DNA of 64,000 nucleotides from a virus: IMG/VR virus record IMGVR_UViG_3300009124_000001; one strand, 5' to 3'. The position numbers were made by a program, and so were the translations under genes. Under the pieces are notes generated by a model. It worked only from the letters and a program-made list of their open reading frames with translations. It searched no databases and was not told the DNA's origin. The first letter of the stretch is position 1. Each line of letters opens with the position of its first letter. This document shows, piece after piece, positions 17,170-28,300 of the stretch.

Positions 17170-17294
17170 CTTGGTCTCTTAGGGCAATTGTTCTCATGCT
17201 TATCGATCCAAGTCTTAGGACGTTGGTGTCCCTTAGGGGAGGTCACCCCACAAAACTGGCACTTGTATGTTCCGTTAGATTGTTGCTCAGCCAT
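17166..17294 (-). CDS. 42-aa C2HC zinc-finger microprotein
   Basis: AAGGAG Shine-Dalgarno, then MAEQQSNGTYKCQFCGVTSPKGHQRPKTWIDKHENNCPKRPR; ATGA overlap downstream. Confidence 0.65.
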   Translation of the reverse strand: MAEQQSNGTYKCQFCGVTSPKGHQRPKTWIDKHENNCPKRPR

Positions 17295-18849
17295 AATGAT
17301 ACGCTCCTTTGTTGGTCTTCTTGGGAAGTTTACCACCTCTGACTTTGGTGCCAGAAGTTTCACCGTAACCTTCGGGGTGTTTGCCTGCCTTAGTCTTACC
17401 AATGGAGTCTGACTTGGACTTGCTACCCTTCTCAGTGTAGTGCAGTTTAGCAGACTTTTCCTTATCCTTGGTGATCACAGACTCTTGTCCATGCTTACGA
17501 CCAAGACGACGCATCACTTTACCGAAACGACGCTTAGACATCTTATCAGGTTTTGAGGTCTGATAGGACACTTCGCGACCTGTCTCGCCGCTGCCATACT
17601 TATACTCACCAACACCTTTCTTGTGACCGATGCCATGCTTTTTGAGATCCTTCTCCAAGGTCTTACGACCTTCGCGGTTCTTCTTCTCATCATCACCACG
17701 ATCAGCAGAGATGTGCCCAGTGACCTGAGACTTTGACTTCTGCATCATGCGACCAGTGCGGTTACCCTCTTCGAGGAACTGCTTGAAGGACTTACCTTCG
17801 GTGCTCTCTTTTTTCAGACCTAACTTACGCTTGATCTTGTCACGTAGACCCTCTTTGGGAGGTGACAACTTTGCGCCTGCCTTTTGCAGACGCTCACGAG
17901 CAGTGCTACCACTTGACTTATAGGAAGACTTCTGACGCTTGGAATAGTCCATGTAGGACTCACCAGGACGCAGTTTCTTAGGATCTTCCTTGGGTTTGGA
18001 TGCAGCAGCACGATCTTCACGAGCACGCTGGTTGGCACCAGGACCACCCAATTTCTTATCTTTCTCAGGATCGGGATGCCAGAAGTCACCACGCTCAACG
18101 ATGGTCTCCTCTGTATATTCCGAGCGATACTTACCACCAGTCTTCTTGTGGGTATCTTCTAGTTCTGATGCCCTATCAGCAGCATACTTTCTGCTCTTCA
18201 CAGGTTTGCCGATCTTCTTCTCCTTCTTACCATCGGGAGAACCATAGACCTGATAAGGCATTTCATTAACCATCGCAGCCTCTTTCAGGCGTGCCTCACG
18301 CTTTGCTTTGGTCTTGGCAAGGATTCTTGCACGAGCGTCATCCTGCTCTTTCTTAGGAATAGCAGTTACTGCACCAACCTTCTGATCTACATCACCAGGG
18401 GCATAACCTTCGTTTGCCTTCTTCTTTTTGGTGTCCACGATTGCTTTGTCACCATGCTTGGCACGAATCTGTGCCTTCACAATATCGAGAGCAGACTTAC
18501 CTTTGCCGTACTTCTTCTCCGTCTCCTTCTGCGCCATGGTCTTGCCAGGTTTGATACCCAGTTCGGCGTTGCTCAATTTCTTAGCAGGAGGGCGACTATA
18601 ACGATTGTTTCCACCAACGCCACCACGTTCCATACGACGATCTTTCATACGATCGTAGTCTTCTTCGTTAATGAATTCTTCTTTCTTCATTGGTAGACCT
18701 TTATGTTTGGTAGAGGCGAAGTCTTTGGCGTCTTTCTTTTTCATGCTGGCAGCAACTTTGGCAACCTCAGGCGACGCCGCTCCTTCACCCTTTTGAGCAG
18801 CTCGGACCATACCCATGAAACGTTGTTGTTTGATAGATTTGGCAGGCAT
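17287..18849 (-). CDS. Lys-rich modular protein, putative internal virion (poly)protein
   Basis: 520 aa, highly basic segments separated by Glu motifs (EEFINEE, KANEG, LKEAAMVNE, YTEETIVE, KSFKQFLEEG). Confidence 0.8.
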   Translation of the reverse strand: MPAKSIKQQRFMGMVRAAQKGEGAASPEVAKVAASMKKKDAKDFASTKHKGLPMKKEEFINEEDYDRMKDRRMERGGVGGNNRYSRPPAKKLSNAELGIKPGKTMAQKETEKKYGKGKSALDIVKAQIRAKHGDKAIVDTKKKKANEGYAPGDVDQKVGAVTAIPKKEQDDARARILAKTKAKREARLKEAAMVNEMPYQVYGSPDGKKEKKIGKPVKSRKYAADRASELEDTHKKTGGKYRSEYTEETIVERGDFWHPDPEKDKKLGGPGANQRAREDRAAASKPKEDPKKLRPGESYMDYSKRQKSSYKSSGSTARERLQKAGAKLSPPKEGLRDKIKRKLGLKKESTEGKSFKQFLEEGNRTGRMMQKSKSQVTGHISADRGDDEKKNREGRKTLEKDLKKHGIGHKKGVGEYKYGSGETGREVSYQTSKPDKMSKRRFGKVMRRLGRKHGQESVITKDKEKSAKLHYTEKGSKSKSDSIGKTKAGKHPEGYGETSGTKVRGGKLPKKTNKGAYHYG

Positions 18850-18853
18850 GTCA

Positions 18854-19396
18854 TCAACCCGATACTTGTACTTCGTCGATATACATGGTCAGACCATTGT
18901 TGGTATCACCTTTCGCCTGAATCTTGATGCTATTGCACAGTTGTGCAGATCCAGTGAATGCAGCACTCGAAGACTGATCAGAAGTGATTGTGATAGTCGT
19001 GTCAGTAACAGCAGTAACCTCAACGTGACTCACGTTGTAAGCACCAACAGCAGCACCAGTGATAGTAACGTAATCACCAACCACAAAGTTGTGAGCAGGA
19101 GTGCCACCACCACCAACAGTCAAGACGCAAGGTGATGCAGCAGTAGCACCAATGATGCTTGACTTCTTGGGTTTGGCAAGATTAAACAACTCAGCACCAT
19201 TGACAGCAGTATGGATAGCCATGTCAGTGGCGACATTAGGATTCCCACCCCAGGCAAAATGATTGCTATGAGAGTCCGCATTGATGATACGGTAGATTCC
19301 CGTCTTCACAATATGACCAGCAGTTGTCTGTGGGGTTGCTGCGTTGTCAGTCAGGGTACCCAAAGACTGCACTGGTGTTACGACGTTAGATGCCAT
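18854..19396 (-). CDS. Hypothetical beta-rich virion-type protein
   Basis: 180 aa; HNFVVGDYVTITGA module like those in baseplate proteins; own late promoter and AGGAG Shine-Dalgarno. Confidence 0.8.
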   Translation of the reverse strand: MASNVVTPVQSLGTLTDNAATPQTTAGHIVKTGIYRIINADSHSNHFAWGGNPNVATDMAIHTAVNGAELFNLAKPKKSSIIGATAASPCVLTVGGGGTPAHNFVVGDYVTITGAAVGAYNVSHVEVTAVTDTTITITSDQSSSAAFTGSAQLCNSIKIQAKGDTNNGLTMYIDEVQVSG

Positions 19397-19420
19397 GGTG
19401 ATACGTTACTCCTACGATTA

Positions 19421-19870
19421 CTATTTATCTTGTTGCTGTTTTAGAAATTTGGCGAGATCCGCTGTGCTACCTACAAACATAGTGTTGTTTGTGGTATTGA
19501 CCTCTTTGGTCTTCTTGGGATTCTCAATCTCAGCGACTTTCTTTTGAAGGTCTACCAGTTTGTCGGCAACGTCACCGACGTGCTTAATCAACTGACCAGC
19601 AACCTCAAATGCTCTCGGTTGATCTGACTCTTGTGCCAATTCCAAAATGCCATCAACTGCTTCCTGACCTTTTTCAATCAGGGAGTAGAGATTGCCACGA
19701 GTATACTCGTAGTCTTTTTTCAACTGCTCCTTGGTTGAGGCGAACTCTTCCACAGGTGCAATCTCACCTTTGCTCTGTGTTGGCACAATATCTGTGTCTA
19801 CATCAAGGGCATCAGAGATGCCATCAAATTTATTCGTCAACTCCTGTGACTGGGTTTCGTGAGAGTCCAT
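19421..19870 (-). CDS. g16: Terminase small subunit gp16
   Basis: DYEYTRGNLYSLIEKG...PRAFEVAGQLIK...FVGSTADL; start uncertain, overlaps the g15 end. Confidence 0.93.
   Translation of the reverse strand: MDSHETQSQELTNKFDGISDALDVDTDIVPTQSKGEIAPVEEFASTKEQLKKDYEYTRGNLYSLIEKGQEAVDGILELAQESDQPRAFEVAGQLIKHVGDVADKLVDLQKKVAEIENPKKTKEVNTTNNTMFVGSTADLAKFLKQQQDK
19422..19427 (-). promoter_or_regulatory. Late promoter overlapping the g16 end
   Basis: ATAAATAG encodes the last codons and stop of g16. Confidence 0.7.
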
Positions 19871-20669
19871 CTGTAAATTCACTATAAAGTTCATTGAATC
19901 CGAAGTTATCATCAGGATTCAACAGTGCATCATCAAGAGAGTTGATGTTGCCATCGCTGTTGAGATCCTCGGTTGCCTTTGGAGTAACCTGATAACGTAC
20001 TTCCCTGGGAGCAGTGGGTGCAGAGTCGGTAGCGTAATCGACAATTGCTTTCTTGATGATTTCGCCGCTCTTGTCCTGAATAGGACCATACAGGTAAGTC
20101 TTTGCTTGGAACTGCAATGTGTAGATCAAAGTACGACGTGTATCGAAATCACCTTCATATTGATCGTCGTAGTTGATAGATGTCAGAGTTACTGGATAGT
20201 CTCTCTTCTCTCCGAGATCTGGAACCAAGTTCATTGTGATATTGAAACTTGGTTGGAAGAATGGTAGGATCTGCTCAATGATTTGCAGAGCATCATCTTG
20301 CGCTCTGCTCAGGATTGCGAGTTCAAAATTGATGTTATATGGCACAGGCATATAACCCTTATTCGTTGTGTCACCAGTCGTATGTCTGATATACTGAGTC
20401 GGTGAGACTTTTCTTGTCGGGTCATATGTGATTGCTTGAATCTCAAATGCAATTCTAGGCAGTGTGATTTGCGTCTGATCCTTTTGAGTCAGGTCACCAA
20501 CTTGACGTAGACGTGCTAAGAATTTATCCTTAGGACCATATGCCAAAGGAACCTTCATAACCTCTGTCTTAGATCCAGAGGTTCTACGGATCTCGATATT
20601 ATTAAATAGTGTGCCAAAGGCAACGACGGTTTTTTTAATTACGCCGTGGTAAGAGTAGGTTCCTAGCAT
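19830..20669 (-). CDS. g15: Tail sheath stabiliser / completion protein gp15
   Basis: AFGTLFNNI, VPLAYGPK, LPRIAFE, QIIEQILPFFQP, KTYLYGP. Confidence 0.96.
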   Translation of the reverse strand: MLGTYSYHGVIKKTVVAFGTLFNNIEIRRTSGSKTEVMKVPLAYGPKDKFLARLRQVGDLTQKDQTQITLPRIAFEIQAITYDPTRKVSPTQYIRHTTGDTTNKGYMPVPYNINFELAILSRAQDDALQIIEQILPFFQPSFNITMNLVPDLGEKRDYPVTLTSINYDDQYEGDFDTRRTLIYTLQFQAKTYLYGPIQDKSGEIIKKAIVDYATDSAPTAPREVRYQVTPKATEDLNSDGNINSLDDALLNPDDNFGFNELYSEFTDGLSRNPVTGVDE

Positions 20670-21544
20670 TAGAGTGTTCCTCCACTGTTACCGAATTCGC
20701 CAAACGGATTAGACTGAGTGAAGTCTATAATTTGATCCGCTTCGTATTCGATAGCATAGTTTTGATCATATTCTGAGTTCAAATTATTTAGCGTATTATA
20801 AGATGTAGTAGTCCAGACAGCAGAACTGTCGTTTCCTGTATACGTTTCACCAACTGAGAATCGACCACTTCTATTGATAAGAACAAGAGTTCTGGTTGCA
20901 CTATCCCAAGTCTTAACTTCGGCAGTGGTATTGGTTACAGAACCTGTTACCGTCTCACCGACAGTAAAGTCTCCACTGCCACCCTCGGCAAAAATGATAC
21001 CAACAGCATTAGCAAAGTTAGTCTCAACAGCATCAACCTCAGCGATGCCAGTATTGAAGTCTTCGTGACTGTACTCGAACAGTTCACATCGCAGACCCCA
21101 GGTGTAGATCTTCCCTAACTGGAAGAAAGGTTGTTCATGCTCTACATACTGGATCTGGAAAGTTTTACCCACCATAGGGAAGTGAATCAGATCTCCTTCA
21201 TTAGGGCGACCCTCTACAATCAGTTGAGCATTGTCATCTACTGCTGCTGTAAAGCGTCGCTTGGATAGAATGAAGGTAACCTGATCTTGAATTCTGACAC
21301 CAAACTTTGAGAAAATATCGCCATCACCCCTAAAACCGCCAGCATCTTCAAGATAGACTTCCACCTCAAAGGCACCCTCAAACTTGGAGAGTGTGTCCTC
21401 TCCGAAGACACTATCTTCCTTGACAAGTGTCTTGGGGATGTAGTACACGTTCTTGCCGAACATTTTAATTTGCTCATCGACGAGATCTTGTACAAGATCT
21501 TGCTCGCCTGTTGTTCCTTGGGTAAAGTAACTGTTAAGTGCCAT
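20669..21544 (-). CDS. g14: Neck protein gp14
   Basis: EQDLVQDLVDEQIKMFG, FSKFGV, RPNEGDLIHFP, PFFQLGK, CELFEYS. Confidence 0.95.
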   Translation of the reverse strand: MALNSYFTQGTTGEQDLVQDLVDEQIKMFGKNVYYIPKTLVKEDSVFGEDTLSKFEGAFEVEVYLEDAGGFRGDGDIFSKFGVRIQDQVTFILSKRRFTAAVDDNAQLIVEGRPNEGDLIHFPMVGKTFQIQYVEHEQPFFQLGKIYTWGLRCELFEYSHEDFNTGIAEVDAVETNFANAVGIIFAEGGSGDFTVGETVTGSVTNTTAEVKTWDSATRTLVLINRSGRFSVGETYTGNDSSAVWTTTSYNTLNNLNSEYDQNYAIEYEADQIIDFTQSNPFGEFGNSGGTL

Positions 21545-21545
21545 G

Positions 21546-22346
21546 TCATCCGATCATGTCTAGGGGAGGAGTTTCCCAGGTAGTACGAAGTTGCTCATCG
21601 AGGATTTTGAGTTCCTCAACAGCATCGTTATAGATCATCTCACCATTCAAAGTGACACCACCTGGCATTTGGACATTCTGGAACTTGGTGAGATTCTGAC
21701 CCCACTGCTTTTTAATTTTTGCAGTGGCATAGTCCTTCAACCACATCTGGTTATAGATCTCAGTCCATGTGTTAGGATCGAGAGCACGCCAGCACCTGAT
21801 GATCACATATTGATCTTCCAGTGCATCCTCAGACCAGTCGAAGTCCAAATAAAGTTTATCTTGCACCTGATTGTATCTGATAGGTTTCATACCTTCCAGA
21901 AGAAAGTCAATACTTTCCAGGTGTTGTTGAATCATGTAGTAATGATAGAACTGTGTAGACGTGAAGTCGTACAGATCATTCAGTCGCATTTGATAGCGAA
22001 TATCAAACATGCTGCGTGTTCCCTTATCAGTAAAGGCGAACATACCTTCAATAGAGAGAATATGTTCAGGGACTGACAAGAAAGTATTCTGTTCTTTCCA
22101 TATTGTTGTACCATCAACAGCAGTGCTATCGGTATTTCCTTTACCAGCAGCAATCTCAGCAGCAGTGAACTGATGCTTCAAGTACACACGTTCAGCACCC
22201 TCATAGTGGAATTGCTGAAACTTTTGTATAGCATAATCGATAGCGTCATCACACTGATCATCGGATACATTGACCTCCAAGACTGGTTTGCCCAGTCTAC
22301 GGAGGCAGTATTCTTTGAGTTCTGCCTTAGAAGTTGGAGATGCCAT
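21546..22346 (-). CDS. g13: Neck protein gp13
   Basis: LKEYCLRRLGKPVLEVNV, WLKDYATAKIKKQWGQNLTKF, PGGVTLNG. Confidence 0.96.
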   Translation of the reverse strand: MASPTSKAELKEYCLRRLGKPVLEVNVSDDQCDDAIDYAIQKFQQFHYEGAERVYLKHQFTAAEIAAGKGNTDSTAVDGTTIWKEQNTFLSVPEHILSIEGMFAFTDKGTRSMFDIRYQMRLNDLYDFTSTQFYHYYMIQQHLESIDFLLEGMKPIRYNQVQDKLYLDFDWSEDALEDQYVIIRCWRALDPNTWTEIYNQMWLKDYATAKIKKQWGQNLTKFQNVQMPGGVTLNGEMIYNDAVEELKILDEQLRTTWETPPLDMIG

Positions 22347-22352
22347 TGGTTA

Positions 22353-25300
22353 TTAAGCGACCAGGACGTAAGTGTTGGAGGTAGTATTGAAATACATGTC
22401 ACCAGAGGAGAGTCCACCAGCGACTGCTGCAACATCAGTAAGATACTCAGAGATACCCAGAGCAGCACGCAGCAGCGAAGCAGTCAGGTTGGACTGGACG
22501 AATGCTGTGGTAGCAACCTGAGTTGTGTTGGTTGCCTGAGCAGCGGTAGGAGCAGTAGGCGTGCCTGTGAGTGCAGGCGATGCCAGGTCTGCTTTCAGAT
22601 CCAGAGCAGTCTGCTGAGCGGTGCTGACGGGTTTGTTGGCATCGGAAGTGTTGTCAACGTTAGCCAGACCCACATCACCCTTCACCAGAGTGACGGTGCC
22701 AGTCTTACCAGCGACGGACTGAACAGGAGCACCTGATGCATCGATGAAGTTAGAATCATTAGTCAGGGTGCTGATGTTGTCAGCGGGTTGGACAGCGGAA
22801 TCTGCCAGTGTGCCCTGAGAGGCAGTTGCATAGTTCGGAGCAGCAAGAGCGATGCGAGCATCGGCACGAGCATCTGTATAGTACAGATTTGTACCTTCCG
22901 AAAGATTTGTAGTGGACTTCTGAGACAGATCCAGATTTGCACCAACTTGAAGCGCAATGCGAGCATCGGCGCGAGCGTTGGTATAGTAAAGGTTGGTTGT
23001 GCCCTCAGTGATGTCATCAGTATCGAAGTCGGCAGGAACTGCACTCAGAGACAGGATGTTACCTGCATCGTTGTAAGTGGCAGAGATGCCTGTACCAGCA
23101 GAGATCAGAGCAGCAACGCGATCATCAACACGCTCATTGGTGTAGTAGAGGTTAGTGCCCTCTGAGAGGTCCGTGGTGGACTTCTGAGACAGGTCTAGAC
23201 CAGCGCCAGTAGCAGAGGTCAGATTGGATGCATTAGTTTCAACTGCTGCTTCCAACTCACCCAGAGCACCCTTGATGGTGTTGTTGTCAGAGATGGTGCT
23301 ACCAGCGAATGCTGCCAGGTGAGTAGATCCATTAGCACGACCAGTCAAGGTGATGATGTCATCAACATTCAGGGATGCCTGTGTAGGCAGAGTTACACTG
23401 AATACACCCGTGGAGGCGTTATAACCAAGATCACCCGATACACTGAATGCACTACGAGCGCGAGTGTTAGTGAAGAAGATATTAGTAGTACCCTCAGTCA
23501 CATTGTCAGTATTGATGTCCGACTGAGTGACACTCAGAACACCACTACCATCATGCTCAATACCTGTACCGTAAGTGAAGTGGGTGCGGGTGCGAGCAGC
23601 AGTGGTGAAGAGGTTGGTAGAACCTTCGGTGAAGTTATCTGTGTTCAGATCTGCTTGTACTGCACTCAGTGTCAGCAAGTTGCCAACATCATCATAAGTA
23701 GCAGAGATGCCTGTACCACCAGAGATCAGAGCGGCAACACGATCGTCAACACGCTCAGCAGTGAAGTAAAGATTAGTGGTGCCCTCTGCCAGAGCATCGG
23801 TGTTATGGTTCGCGATAGAACCAACCTGAGACTGACCGTAAGTAACATTACCAGTAACGTTCAAGTTACCCTGAACTTCAAAGTTCGTGGTTGACTTGAA
23901 GTTGTTCACCGTCATTGTGTTGGTTGACGGGTTGTAGGTCAGGTTCTGGGAGTCTGTACGAACCTCGGTGTATCCCGTATTCACAGAAACGAAGGGGATG
24001 AAGTAGTTGAGGTTGGAAGTTGCAGTCTCAGTGATGTTGACCAAATCGGTCTTATCAGCAGTACCTGTGAGATCACCAGTGACGTTACCAGTGATCTGAC
24101 CCGTAACGCCCAGGGTGCCACCAATAGTTGTGTTGGTGGTTACATCCAGGGAGTTGGTAGTTGTCAGACCAGCAGCAGTGATGTTACCAGTGGTGGATTC
24201 AAGAGTGATACGGTCCTGAGAAGAACCATTTTGTAGTTTAAGAGTCTTACTAGCACCACGCAGAACGAAGTTATCCTTGAACAAGGATGTGCTGTTTTGT
24301 GTGATTGTGTTGTTGAATGTAGCGGCACCATCAACATTCAGTGTGCTATCAAGATCAGTTGCTGCTTGTACATTCAATGTGCTGATCAGTGTGGTAGCAC
24401 CAGTAACTTCCAGAGTGCCAGCGGTAGTTGTATTACCATTGGTGCTGCTGACGATAAAGTTAGATCCACCAACACTGAGGTTTCCGCCAGATGCAATGTT
24501 ACCAGTTGTAGTTACTGAGGTGGCATTTGTAGTTGTCAGTGTGGTGACACCAGTAACACCGAGAGTTCCACCGAACGTACCGTTACCAGTTACACCATCA
24601 ATAGTGATCGTAGTGGCATTGTTAGCACCCAGGAACAGGGTCTCACCGATATATACGTCTTCCAGGACCGTCATGCCACCATTGGTGACCATAATCGGAG
24701 CATCATCTGTCAGGCTGGTTGGATTCTCACTCTTGGAGAATTCAACCCGACCACGGAATTCCTGGTTACCTTTCTGGACGACGTTACCATCTACCTCAAA
24801 GTCACCATAGACCTTGAAGTCTTCTCCAACTGCCAGATCCCTAGCGATAGATACACCACCTGAAACTTGCAGAGCACCAGAGGCAGAGAAGTTGTTACCA
24901 GTTGATGCGTTAGTGACATTACTGATCGTCTGAATACCATCAACGTTGAGTGTGCTATCCAGATCGACAGCGCCAGTAACATTCAGGGTGTCGTCGATGA
25001 CAGAAGCACCGTTGACATTCAGAGTGCCAGAAATTACTGTGTTGCCATTGTCACTATCAACAGAGAAGACAGTAACAGAAGCGCCAGTTTGAACTGCAAA
25101 CTGTTGATTATCTGCTCTTACAAATACACTGTCGGTGACGATTGTTGTTCCATCAATATCCAGAGTTCCACTGATAGTCAGGTTATCATCAATAACAGTC
25201 TCACCTGTAAAGGAATCCAAAACTAGGTTACCAGCAGTTGTGCTGATTTCGTTATTAGAATCAACACCGATCTTGATGCTGTCAGCAGTCAAGTTGGTCG

Positions 25301-28300
25301 AGGTGATGGCAGCATTGAATGTAGAAACTGCATTAACTGTCAGAGAGTCAGCAGAACTAGAACCAAGAACTGCACTATCGCTAACAGTCAAGTTGTTACT
25401 AACGCCAAGGTTAGCGGTGACCTGAACATTATTGACAGAAGAATCGAGAACCAGTGATCCACCAGTTGCACTGATAGTACGAGTATTAAACGAAATGCCG
25501 TCAATATCGGCACCGCTATTCATGTCAACGAAATTGTTGAACGTAGCGTTACCAGTAATAGTATGGGTATCAGTGCCAGTGTTACCAAGTGTGGTATTGC
25601 CAAGAACTGACAGACTTTGATTTACGGTGTGATTTGCATCGGTATAAACAGTGCCACCAAACGACTGCAATGTGAGGTTGCCAGAGGTAGTGTCAATGAC
25701 GTTGTTAGCAACAACACCGATTGTGATGTTATCGATAGTCACATCAGTTGCCGTCATGGCATTGTTAAACTGGACAGTGCCTGTCACAGTATGGGTGTCT
25801 GTACCAGCGTTGCCGAGAGTTACGTTGCCATCAACAGTCAGAGTACCGTCGATTTGTGCATTACCATCAACGTTCAGATTTACATCAACATCAAGATTGT
25901 CGGTGACGTTGACTGTGCCACCAGCAGAATCCAGAATCAGGTTACCAGTAGTTGTGCTGATTTCATTGCTGGCATCAACACCAATCTTAATGCTGTCAGC
26001 AGTGATGTCTGTTGAAGTGATAGGAGCATTAAATGTAGATGTTGCATTTACTGTCAGAGTATCAGTATTTGCATCACCCAGGGTGGTGTTGCCATCTACT
26101 TGCAGGAATCCATCGATTTCTGCATTGTCAGTGATATGTACTTTGCCACCAGTAGAATCAAGAATCAGGTTACCAGCAAGAGTACCGATTTCATTTGCAG
26201 CATCTGTACCAATTTTCAGGTCGCGAATGTTTGCTCTCTCAGCAACAGTCAGTGCCTGGTTGAATTGAACAGTACCAGTAACGGTGTGAGCATCTGTACC
26301 AGCATTACCGATCGTGGCATTGCCATCAACTGTCAGAGTGCCATCAATTTGAGTGTTACCGTCAACATTCAGATCCAGATCAACATCCAGATTGTCTGTA
26401 ACATTAACTGTACCACCTGTTGAATCCAGGATTAGATTTCCTGCCAGGGTGCCAATCTCATTAGCAGCATCTGTACCAATTTTCAGGTCACGGATGTTTG
26501 CTCGTGCTGCACCAGTCAGAGCATGATTAAACTGGACTGTGCCATTTACTGTATGAGCATCTGTGCCAGCATTACCAATTGTGCTGTTACCGCGAACAAG
26601 GAAAGTGCCATCAATGACAGTGTTACCAGTTTGAGCATCGACTGTAAATTTATTAGTGTTAATTGCAAAGTCATCGGTGACATCCAGGGTTCCTGTAATG
26701 TCAACGTTTCCGCCGAAACTACCAGCATCAGCAACGACCAAATCGTCACCAACATACAGGTCGATACCGACAGAAGCACCACCACCAACGATCAGAGCGC
26801 CAGTGGAGGAAGAGGTAGCGTTAGTTGCATCAAAGAGTTTGATGGAACCAGCGTCAATGCCAGAGCGTGTGCCATTGAATACTTCGGAAGTATTTGTTGC
26901 ATTGTGATAGAAAGCATAACGAGATGCCGACTCATCCCAACCGTAGAAACCAACGCGAGCAGCAGAGTTTGCATAATATCTGAACTCAACACCACGATCC
27001 TTACCATCGTTGCTTACGGGAGCAGTGTCACCGCCCAGAGTAACGATAGGATCATCGAGAGTCACAACAGTGCTATTAACTGTTGTAGTCGTACCATGAA
27101 CTGTCAGGTTTTGGTTGATGATCACATTCTGATCAACTTCCAGATCACCATTAACAGTTACGTTATCAGTGAAGGTGGAAACGGCATTGACAGTCAAGGC
27201 ATCGGTATTTGCATTGCCGATGGTTGTCTGGGAAGCATTGATAGTAACGTCTGTCTCAAACAGAGCGTTACCGTGAACAGTCAGTGTACCTGCCGAAGAA
27301 GTACCCAGACCAGAACGACCAATTACAGTATTACCATTATCATAGTCAACACTGAATTGAGTATTTGCTGATCCGCCTTGGATTTGGAAACTCTTGTTAC
27401 CAGACCTCAGGAGGACATCATTGAAGATGGTGGTTGTGCCATCTACTGTGAGAGTATTATTAAAATCAACAGCACCGTCAACGTTAAGAGTGGAATCAAA
27501 ATCAACGGGCTGATTAACCGTAAGGTTATCCGTAAATGTGACATCGGCATTGACAGTAAGAATATCTGTGTTACTGTTACCGATCGTAGTCTGACTGCCA
27601 TTTACAGTCAAATTATTTGTTAAGGTTACGTTACCTGTAACGCCCAGGGTGCCTTCAATGTTGGTATTACCATTGGTGGACAGTACCGTAAACTTATCAA
27701 CTGAACCATTAGTAATCTTGAAATACTTACCAGTAGTATCAAGAGTAATGTTGTTGTGGAATGTGGAGTCTCCATCAACATCAAGGATGTCATTAAGAGT
27801 AGTAGCAGCATCAACATCCAGTGTGCTGTTGAATGTTACACCACTGTCAACGTCAAGTGTGCCGTCACTGTGGATGTTACCGTTGTCAGTATCAATGACA
27901 AATCTTTCGGTAGTGCCATCGGTGATAGAGAAGACAGTGTTAGGACCAACGATCCTCACATCATCTTCAAACGTGGTGTCAGAGTTGACCAAGACAGTAT
28001 CTGCCGCATCAGTACCAAGAGTTACATTGCTATCGACTTGCAGGTCGCCCTGAGTGTAGATGTTTCCGTTAGCAGCAGTGACAGTAAACTCACCAGAGTT
28101 GATATCAAAGTCATTAGCGATGTCAACTGTACCACCGACATATACGTTCTCGGAGATACCGACACCACCAGTGACTACCAGGGTGCCAGTCGTGGTAGAT
28201 GTGGATCCTGTGTTTGTTGTGAGCCTGAGGTTACCAGCAATGAGAGCAGCGTCAGTGCCAGCATAGACTTCATTCGTGTTGGTGGCGTTGTAGAGGAAGC

